A stretch of DNA of 63,039 bases from the NCBI GenBank assembly GCA_034722245.1, contig JAYENT010000013.1, forward strand, positions 3,496 to 66,534. Reading direction: 5' to 3'. The notes beneath the pieces are model-generated. The model did not search any database, was not told the origin of the DNA, and saw nothing but the letters and a program-made list of their open reading frames with translations. Both the position numbers and the translations under genes were made by a program. The stretch comes from Chloroflexota bacterium (GTDB lineage: Bacteria > Chloroflexota > Anaerolineae > UBA1429). Of this stretch, positions 56,406-63,039 are shown piece after piece (the first letter of the stretch is position 1; every line of letters begins with the position of its first letter).

Positions 56406-57814
56406 TGGACGCAGCCTATGACGTTGTCATAATTGGGGCAGGCCCAGGAGGATACGTGGCTGCCATTCGCGCGGCCCAGCGGGGAGCGAAGGTGGCCCTG
56501 GTGGAGAAGGAGGGCATAGGGGGTACCTGTTTGAACTATGGGTGCATCCCCACAAAGGCCTTGGTGCGCGATGCGGAACTCTATCGTGATGCCACGTCTG
56601 GAACATATTGTGTGGATGCAGAAGGACCGTTTCGCCTCGACTTTACGCGGCTTATGGAACGCAAGCGTGAGGTCGTGGAGACCCTCGTCAGCGGCGTTGA
56701 GCGATTACTAGACAGTTACGGCGTACAGATATTTCTCGGCCATGGACGTATTAGGCATCCGGGGCTGGTAGAGGTCGCCGGGCAAGAGGGTATAGAGTTA
56801 TTGTCTTGCCACAACATTATCATTGCCACCGGTGCCACACCTTCAGGGTTGTCCATTCCTGGCACCGATTTGCCTGGTGTTGTCTCGTCAAGGGAGCTTC
56901 TGCGTATCGACAATCTGCCGGAGCGATTGGTAATCCTAGGAGGGGGAAGCGTGGGGGTCGAGTTCGCCTGTATCTTTCAGGCCTTGGGCACGGATGTCTC
57001 TCTCCTGGAACTCAAAAGCCTTGTTCAGGATACAGAGCCGCAGATCGGCAGAAGATTACGCGCCTATATGATACGCCAAGGTATGTCCATCGCCATCGGT
57101 GCTAACTCTAAGAAGATTAGCGCCAACGATGATGGTTCGCTTCGGGTGGAATATGAGCGCAAGGGTAAGAAGGCATGTGCTGTCGGGGATCTCGTCCTCC
57201 TGGCTACCGGACGCCGGCCCAATACCGAAAGGCTGGGGCTGGAAGCATTGGGAGTCGATATGAACGGTCCCGCCATCAGAGTGGATGAATGGCTACAAAC
57301 CAATGTGCCCGGCGTATATGCCATTGGCGATTGCACCGGCGGACGTATGTTCGCCCACGTGGCCTCCTACGAGGCGGAGGTAGCCGTGGAGAACATCCTG
57401 GGAGAAAAGCGGAGGGTAGACTATCGCGTCGTGCCCACCTGTATCTTTACCATGCCAGAAATTGCGGACGTGGGCATGACCGAGGCGGCAGCGAAGGAGG
57501 CGGGACTGGCATACACCGTGGCCCGCTTCCCCTTTAGCGCCAACGGGCGGGCACTGGCCATGGGCGAGACCTACGGCCAGGTTCGCATGCTCTGTGAGCG
57601 GACTCCCGAGGGACAGGGGGGCAAGGTGCTGGGTGTGCACATCATCGGGCCTCGTGCGGGGGATTTGATAGCCGAGGCCGGTCTTGCTATGCGCCTTGGG
57701 GCCACGGCAGAGGATATTGCGCATACCATTCACGCCCATCCCACGGTTCCGGAGGCAATGATGGAGGCGGCGATGGCCCATTCCCTCGGTGCCATACACT
57801 ATGAGCGGAGATAA
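56405..57814 (+). CDS. lpdA: Dihydrolipoyl dehydrogenase
   Basis: IGAGPGGYVAAIRAAQ, GGTCLNYGCIPTK, GGGSVGVEFA, YAIGD, AHVA, HAHPT..E. Confidence 0.93.
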   Translation: MDAAYDVVIIGAGPGGYVAAIRAAQRGAKVALVEKEGIGGTCLNYGCIPTKALVRDAELYRDATSGTYCVDAEGPFRLDFTRLMERKREVVETLVSGVERLLDSYGVQIFLGHGRIRHPGLVEVAGQEGIELLSCHNIIIATGATPSGLSIPGTDLPGVVSSRELLRIDNLPERLVILGGGSVGVEFACIFQALGTDVSLLELKSLVQDTEPQIGRRLRAYMIRQGMSIAIGANSKKISANDDGSLRVEYERKGKKACAVGDLVLLATGRRPNTERLGLEALGVDMNGPAIRVDEWLQTNVPGVYAIGDCTGGRMFAHVASYEAEVAVENILGEKRRVDYRVVPTCIFTMPEIADVGMTEAAAKEAGLAYTVARFPFSANGRALAMGETYGQVRMLCERTPEGQGGKVLGVHIIGPRAGDLIAEAGLAMRLGATAEDIAHTIHAHPTVPEAMMEAAMAHSLGAIHYERR

Positions 57815-57835
57815 TATAGGGGGCAGCATTCGCAT

Positions 57836-58120
57836 ATGGTCATCGGAGTGTGTACGTTAGAGATGCGAATGTACGGCAGCGCATCGCTGAAACAGAAACG
57901 CCAGGTTGTGCAGTCCGTGCTGGACAGAGTACGAAACGAGTTCAACGTCTCCAGCGCCGAGGTGGACCATCAGGATAGCTGGCAACTTGCCACTTTGGCT
58001 TTTGCGTGTGTGGCTTCGGACGGGAAATACGTACAGGGGATGTTGCAGCGCGTCGTGGACTTTGTGGATAGCAAAAGGTTTAATCTAGTCCTGCTGGATT
58101 ACAGAATTGAGCTTTTCTAA
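57836..58120 (+). CDS. DUF503 (YlxP) family protein
   Basis: SLKQKRQVV.S..DRVR..FNVS.AEVD.QD.W. Confidence 0.9.
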   Translation: MVIGVCTLEMRMYGSASLKQKRQVVQSVLDRVRNEFNVSSAEVDHQDSWQLATLAFACVASDGKYVQGMLQRVVDFVDSKRFNLVLLDYRIELF

Positions 58121-58157
58121 ACCCATATGACACCATATAAGGATAAAGAAGAAGGGG

Positions 58158-58451
58158 ATGCACATGGTATTCAAGATACTAGCAATCGCTAGGGATTGTT
58201 CCGTCTTGATTCTAGGGCTAGAGATCTTCGTCATGCTATTGCTCCCCATATTCGTCCTCTGGTATGCGACGCGCTGGCTCAAGGATTTTATCCCGCAAGC
58301 GGCTCGTTTCCTGCAGAATATGAAAGCGGAGTGGTTCCGCATAGTCTCTCGTGTTGATCTTGTCATGACCTACATAAGAACAGCTTTCATATGGATAGGA
58401 AGCAAAAGTGAAGGGCTAAGAGCCTTTCTTTCACGAATGAGATCCATTTAG
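58158..58451 (+). CDS. Hypothetical membrane protein
   Basis: 97-aa ORF with an N-terminal TM helix, a purine-rich RBS and a position within the gene run. Confidence 0.6.
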   Translation: MHMVFKILAIARDCSVLILGLEIFVMLLLPIFVLWYATRWLKDFIPQAARFLQNMKAEWFRIVSRVDLVMTYIRTAFIWIGSKSEGLRAFLSRMRSI

Positions 58452-58466
58452 TAGAGGAGGCAGACG

Positions 58467-58661
58467 TTGCGAAAGGGAAAAAAGTACATAGTAGGTGGAG
58501 CTGCACTGGGTGCTGTACTGGGTGCTCTAGGGGGCTGGTTGTATAGCCGCCGATCTGAGGCAGAGGCACATGGCGAGCATGGGAAAGAGATCGACACAAA
58601 ACGGATGATGCGCCTCATATGGTCAGGGCTTGGATTTGTGCGGCAAATCGCCGAGTTATAG
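58467..58661 (+). CDS. Small membrane-anchored hypothetical protein
   Basis: GAGGAGG RBS, TTG start, Gly-zipper TM (GGAALGAVLGALGG). Confidence 0.6.
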   Translation: MRKGKKYIVGGAALGAVLGALGGWLYSRRSEAEAHGEHGKEIDTKRMMRLIWSGLGFVRQIAEL

Positions 58662-58792
58662 TTGGGTAAGCTCCGTTAGCCAAGGTGAGGGACAGGGCAT
58701 ACATAGTGCGGATGCCGTTTTATTGAACTGTCTCTGCTCCCCGCATCACTTGCTTCGTAGCATGTTACCTCAGTTGATTCGTCGCGATGTGA

Positions 58793-58810
58793 TCGTGCAG
58801 TTTTTCACAA
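58793..58810. promoter_or_regulatory. Rex-like operator
   Basis: TCGTGCA-gttt-TTCACAA versus the Rex consensus TTGTGAA-N4-TTCACAA (12/14), adjacent to the -35. Confidence 0.6.
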
Positions 58811-58816
58811 ACCCGT

Positions 58817-58844
58817 TTGACAGAGGTACCATCCTGCATATAAT
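58817..58844 (+). promoter_or_regulatory. sigma70 promoter for nfnAB
   Basis: TTGACA-N16-TATAAT. Confidence 0.72.
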
Positions 58845-58893
58845 TATGCCTTAGGGTATGGTTTCTAATAACTTTTCTGCTAGGAGGCGTTTC

Positions 58894-59736
58894 GTGTATC
58901 GTATCTTGAAGAAAGAATCCCTTACGCCTGAGGGAAAGCTATATGTGATAGAGGCGCCGGAAATCGCCCAGAAAGCACAAGCGGGACAATTTGTGATCCT
59001 GCGCGTTGATGAGTCAGGAGAGCGCATCCCCCTCACGATTGCGGACTATGATCGCGAGGAAGGCACGGTGACCATCGTCGTCCAAGAGGTTGGCAAAACG
59101 ACCAAGATGCTGGGTATGCTGCAAGAGGGCGACAACCTGGCCAGTTTTACGGGCCCTTTGGGCAATCCCACAGAGATTGAGGACTATGGTACCGTGTTAG
59201 TCGTTGGAGGAGGATTGGGCATTGCCCCCATCTATCCGATCTGTCGCGCCCTGCGTGATGAAGGCAACACCGTTATCGGTATCATCGGCGCACGGAATGG
59301 CGAGCTGCTTTTCTGGGAAGAAGAGCTAAGAAGTGTCACAGATGAACTAATCGTCTGTACGGATGACGGAAGCTATGGTCGTAAGGCCTTGGTGACCGTG
59401 CCCATGAAAGAGTTCATGGAATCCGATAGAGATATAGATCGTGTCTGGGCTATTGGCCCAGCGATTATGATGAAATTCGCAGCCCTTACCACACAACCGT
59501 ATGGTGTCAAAACGATTGTGAGCTTGAACTCTATCATGGTCGATGGGACCGGGATGTGTGGTTCCTGTCGCGTATCCGTTGGAGGGCGCACGCGCTTTGC
59601 CTGTGTGGATGGTCCCGAGTTCGATGGTCATGAGGTAGATTGGGATCTTCTTCTGAGCCGTCAACGGATATATACGGATATGGAAAAGGCAGCCTTGGAA
59701 CAATACGAACGTGAACTCGCTGAAGTGCATACGTAG
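58894..59736 (+). CDS. nfnA: NADH-dependent reduced ferredoxin:NADP+ oxidoreductase small subunit (NfnA/SudB)
   Basis: AGQFVILR..GERIPLTIAD, GPLG, GGGLGIAP, IGP.IMMK, MVDGTGMCG.CR, FACVDGPEFD. GTG after AGGAGG. Confidence 0.92.
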   Translation: MYRILKKESLTPEGKLYVIEAPEIAQKAQAGQFVILRVDESGERIPLTIADYDREEGTVTIVVQEVGKTTKMLGMLQEGDNLASFTGPLGNPTEIEDYGTVLVVGGGLGIAPIYPICRALRDEGNTVIGIIGARNGELLFWEEELRSVTDELIVCTDDGSYGRKALVTVPMKEFMESDRDIDRVWAIGPAIMMKFAALTTQPYGVKTIVSLNSIMVDGTGMCGSCRVSVGGRTRFACVDGPEFDGHEVDWDLLLSRQRIYTDMEKAALEQYERELAEVHT

Positions 59737-59751
59737 GAGATGATATAAGGT

Positions 59752-61191
59752 ATGGCAAGAGCCAACAGGAGAAGGATTCCGCGTCAGGAAATGCCAAAGC
59801 AGGATCCAGAGGAGAGGATACATAATTTTGATGAAGTAGCCCTCGGTTTCACCATGGACCTAGCCGTTGCCGAGGCGAACCGGTGCATTCAATGCACGAG
59901 GCCGCCCTGTGTCACGGGCTGTCCCGTGCAGGTGCGTATTCCCGAGTTCATCAAAGCACTGCGCGAAGGGGAGATGGAGGAAGCTGCCAGCATTTTGAAG
60001 GATACTAACAGTCTGCCCGCCATCTGCGGCCGCGTCTGCCCGCAGGAGACCCACTGCGAAGAGCAATGTGTACTAGGCCTGCGGGGCGAGCCAGTAGCCA
60101 TCGGACGGCTGGAACGCTTCGTTGCTGATTGGGAGCGCGAGCATCTAGAGAGCAAAGAGCAAGCGTCGCGAGAGAGCAATGGCAAACGCATTGCGGTTAT
60201 CGGTTCGGGCCCGGCAGGGCTCACTGCCGCGGGTGATCTGGCCAAGCGGGGCTATGACGTCGACGTCCTAGAGGCTTTACATAAACCAGGCGGAGTCCTG
60301 GTATATGGGATCCCCGAGTTCAGATTGCCCAAGGACATTGTATCTTCTGAGATCGAGTATGTGAAAAGTCTTGGCGTCAACATAAGGACAAACATAGTCG
60401 TCGGTAAGCTGTACACGTTGGATGAACTACTGGAGGAGTACGAAGCCATCTTTTTGGCCACGGGGGCTGGCCTGCCTATTATGATACACATGCCCGGAGA
60501 GAACCTGAACGGGGTATACTCTGCCAACGAGTTGCTCACGCGCACCAATCTGATGAAGGGGTACCTCTTCCCCCAGTGGGATACGCCGGTCAAGGTGGGA
60601 GGTAAGGTGGCCGTCATCGGTGCGGGTAACGTAGCCATGGACTCTGCCCGATGCTCCTTGCGCCTAGGCGCCGAGGAGGTACACATCGTCTATCGGCGTT
60701 CTCGCAGCGAGGCTCCGGCCCGTGAGGAGGAGATAGAGAACGCCGAGGCCGAGGGCATCCTTTTTGACTATTTGACCAACCCGGTTGAGATATATGGTGA
60801 TGAGGATGGATGGGTGACGGGGATGCGTTGCATCCGCATGGAACTGGGTGAGCCAGACGAGAGCGGGCGGCCACGACCCATTCCCATTGAGGGCTCTGAA
60901 TTTGATATGGAAGTCGATACCGTGGTAATGGCCATAGGCACACGGCCCAATCCCCTGGTCTTCACCGATGCGGAGAATCTAGAGCGGACCCGGTGGGGCA
61001 CGGTCGTCGCGGACGAAAGGACCGGTCGTACCAAAGTAGAGCGTGTGTGGGCCGGTGGTGATATCGTGACGGGGGCTGCCACCGTGATAAGTGCCATGGG
61101 GGCGGGCCGCGTGGCCGCGGAGGATATACACCACTATCTCCAGGACGGCACAATAGAGCCCTGGTGGCCTGAAGCAGAAGATGGAACGTAG
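59752..61191 (+). CDS. nfnB: NfnB/SudA large subunit (GltD-like flavoprotein)
   Basis: R..NFDEV, EA.RCIQC..P.C..GCPV, CGRVCPQE..CE, GSGPAGL, YGIPEFRLP, GAGNVAMD, GGDIVTGAATVI.AM. Confidence 0.92.
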   Translation: MARANRRRIPRQEMPKQDPEERIHNFDEVALGFTMDLAVAEANRCIQCTRPPCVTGCPVQVRIPEFIKALREGEMEEAASILKDTNSLPAICGRVCPQETHCEEQCVLGLRGEPVAIGRLERFVADWEREHLESKEQASRESNGKRIAVIGSGPAGLTAAGDLAKRGYDVDVLEALHKPGGVLVYGIPEFRLPKDIVSSEIEYVKSLGVNIRTNIVVGKLYTLDELLEEYEAIFLATGAGLPIMIHMPGENLNGVYSANELLTRTNLMKGYLFPQWDTPVKVGGKVAVIGAGNVAMDSARCSLRLGAEEVHIVYRRSRSEAPAREEEIENAEAEGILFDYLTNPVEIYGDEDGWVTGMRCIRMELGEPDESGRPRPIPIEGSEFDMEVDTVVMAIGTRPNPLVFTDAENLERTRWGTVVADERTGRTKVERVWAGGDIVTGAATVISAMGAGRVAAEDIHHYLQDGTIEPWWPEAEDGT

Positions 61192-61282
61192 TATTAGGTT
61201 TACATAATGCTATGGCAACAGACAGGGTGGCCATTGTGGCTGCCCCGTGTGTCTTGAAAAGTTTCTGCCACCGTGATACGCA

Positions 61283-61311
61283 TTGACCCCTCGTTGGCGA
61301 CGGACTATAAT
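61283..61311 (+). promoter_or_regulatory. sigma70 promoter for thuA
   Basis: TTGACC-N17-TATAAT. Confidence 0.68.
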
Positions 61312-61366
61312 AATCTCATCGGGCAAGTAGCGGAGATAGCTCATCAGAGAGAAGGGCAGGGAGGTT

Positions 61367-62101
61367 ATGGCAGAGAAGATACGGGTTACAGTGTGGAACG
61401 AATATCGGCACGAAAAGACACATGAAGAAGTAGCAAAGGTATACCCCGAGGGCATCCATGGACAGATCGCCGCCTTCCTCGGCGTGCAGGAGGATATCGA
61501 GGCCCGCACGGCCTCACTGGACGAGCCGGAACACGGGCTCACAGAGGAAGTGCTGAACAACACAGACGTACTGACGTGGTGGGGGCACATGGCTCACAAC
61601 GAGGTTGAGGACAGGATCGTGGACCGGGTGCAAAGGCGTGTACTCAACGGGATGGGCTTGATCGTTCTCCACTCGGCCCACTTTTCCAAGATATTCAAGC
61701 GCTTGATGGGCACTAACTGCAGCCTCAAATGGCGGGAAGTTGGAGAGCATGAGCGGCTGTGGGTCGTGGATCCCAGCCATCCCATCGTGCAGGGGCTAGG
61801 CGAGTACTTTGAGATTCCACATGTAGAGATGTATGGTGAGTTCTTTGACATTCCCCAGCCGGATGACCTGGTCTTCATCAGCTGGTTCCAGGGGGGCGAG
61901 GTATTCCGTAGCGGGGCCGCCTACCACCGCGGCCAGGGCAAGATCTTCTACTTCCGTCCCGGACACGAGACATTCCCTATCTACTATCAGGAAGAAGTGC
62001 AAAAGGTCCTGATCAACGCCGTCCGTTGGGCGGCTCCTGCGGGTGGCCCTTACACGGATCTCACCAATTGTCATCAATATGAGGCCATTGAGGAGTTTTA
62101 G
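61367..62101 (+). CDS. thuA: Trehalose utilisation protein ThuA family
   Basis: [63 protein letters not shown]. Confidence 0.93.
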   Translation: MAEKIRVTVWNEYRHEKTHEEVAKVYPEGIHGQIAAFLGVQEDIEARTASLDEPEHGLTEEVLNNTDVLTWWGHMAHNEVEDRIVDRVQRRVLNGMGLIVLHSAHFSKIFKRLMGTNCSLKWREVGEHERLWVVDPSHPIVQGLGEYFEIPHVEMYGEFFDIPQPDDLVFISWFQGGEVFRSGAAYHRGQGKIFYFRPGHETFPIYYQEEVQKVLINAVRWAAPAGGPYTDLTNCHQYEAIEEF

Positions 62102-62141
62102 GTAGAGGAATTAGGCTGTATCTCAGTTTCCTCGACTGAGG

Positions 62142-62184
62142 GCGGGCCTCCGGAGAATAGACTATCCTGGGAGGCCCGCTTTAT
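62142..62184 (+). terminator. Intrinsic terminator after thuA
   Basis: GCGGGCCTCC...GGAGGCCCGC followed by TTTAT. Confidence 0.7.
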
Positions 62185-62196
62185 GCTTGGTGGTCG

Positions 62197-62740
62197 CTAT
62201 TGCTGAAACTGGGGCATCCAGGGAAGTAGGGCCTCAGACATCTCATCCGCCATCGCTTTGATCTCATCGAGGGACAGTGCAGAGGATGTCAGGGGGTCCA
62301 AGGCCACGGCCTGGAAGAGGGCCTTGCGATCACCTTCAAGTGCCGCTTTTACAGCCAGTTCCTGTACGTTGATGTTGGAACGGTTCAGCCCGGCGAGTTG
62401 GGGCGGGAGATCGCCTACGTGGCAGGGATGAGTGCCCAGAGCATCGACCAGTCAGGGCGCCTCTACCACACAATCCGGAGGGAGATTGGTAATAGATCCG
62501 TATTCCGCACGTTGCCGTTGATGCGTATCATGCGGTCGGTTTGATACTCCGTGTGACCCGGCCGTTATCGACACACAGAGTATCAAATTCACAGGCCCCG
62601 ATGATGCGCGAGCTGTGCTCGGTGCTGCGCTCCATGGGAATTAGCTCCTCACCTCGCGCTTTGCGAGCGATCTCCTCCATACCCTGTGCCCTGCGACTGG
62701 ACCAGTGCGCACGCTCCTTCGTGCGCTCCTGATGATGGGG
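62197..62740 (-). pseudogene. melA: Remnant of a GH4 alpha-galactosidase (MelA-like), C-terminal part
   Basis: Not called as a gene in the ORF track. The minus strand reads ..MERSTEHSSRII.. then RINGNVRNT (frameshift) ITNLPPDCVVEAP*LVDALG..PCHVGDLPPQLAGLNRSNINVQELAV.AALEGDR..LFQAVALDPLT..LSLDEI..M.DEM..WMPQF*. In-frame TGA at 62452-62454. Confidence 0.8.
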
Positions 62741-62796
62741 CAGGGCCGTATGCTTCCATTGGCTCGGGTGTGCGCCGAGAATGCTGACGCAATTCG

Positions 62797-63039
62797 TTAT
62801 TCGCGCTGCACTCTCACTTGCCCTATGAGCCCCCAGGGTTTGAGCACATAGTCGGGCGTATAGGTCTCGTCGGTGCGCCGGAAGGAGCGCCAGTCCGTCC
62901 ACGGCTCGCGCCCTGTGGCCAGATGGAGGGGGCCCAGCATGTTCCGCGGACTGCTCACCACCTCTATGCCCAGAGCGTTCTCTCCCGCCACCAGCCAGTC
63001 GGTGATGTCCAGACCGTTCGCCGAGGCCCAGGGGATGTG
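62797..63039 (-). CDS. C-terminal end of a large glycoside hydrolase-type protein (GH106/GH2-like beta-sandwich), truncated by the window edge
   Basis: Open from the window end: W...LDITDWLVAGENALGIEVVSSPRNMLGPLH...YVLKPWGLIGQV. Confidence 0.65.
   Translation of the reverse strand, partial: HIPWASANGLDITDWLVAGENALGIEVVSSPRNMLGPLHLATGREPWTDWRSFRRTDETYTPDYVLKPWGLIGQVRVQRE

Noticed and set aside
59752-61191. Glutamate synthase small subunit (gltD) call
   Set aside because: No gltB is adjacent, and pairing with an NfnA/SudB gene indicates NfnAB.
62452-62454. In-frame TGA at a conserved Cys position (possible selenocysteine)
   Set aside because: The same gene has a frameshift and lacks its N-terminus. 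TGY to TGA is a single substitution, so a nonsense mutation in a pseudogene is simpler.
1-63039. tRNA, rRNA, CRISPR, transposase, phage or defence genes
   Set aside because: None recognised by eye in the ORFs or intergenic regions. Small ncRNAs could be missed without an Infernal or tRNAscan run.

Overview
A 63 kb, gene-dense, moderately GC-rich chromosomal segment from an anaerobic heterotrophic bacterium. Chloroflexota (Anaerolineae-like) is inferred from the VEKVVTKE-repeat Tat lipoprotein, the Pro/Thr linkers and the cNMP-bPH_2 protein. Contents: (1) a pyrimidine operon, pyrC-pyrB-pyrF/pyrE fusion-pyrD-pyrK, whose DHOase and ATCase look like domains of eukaryotic CAD; (2) a nickel-pincer cofactor cluster (larE-larB plus only the C-terminal half of larC) with no larA; (3) sugar-acid and sulfated-sugar catabolism (uxuA-like, split uxaA, dgoD-like, GalB-like, two sulfatases, glk, malQ, thuA, ABC transporter); (4) ferredoxin-based energy metabolism (aor, porCDAB, nfnAB with a Rex-like box); (5) housekeeping genes (thiI, trxB, efp, apt, rfbD, glycosyltransferases). 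Three glycoside-hydrolase-type genes are damaged. The best candidates for poorly described systems are a LuxR-HTH/TM/Kelch membrane regulator leading osmC-lpdA opposite a cNMP/bPH_2 membrane protein, and a hybrid kinase plus an HTH/pseudo-HATPase/REC regulator next to a sugar ABC operon with face-to-face sigma70 promoters. I found no rRNA, tRNA, CRISPR array or mobile element. All family assignments come from recalled motifs, not database searches.
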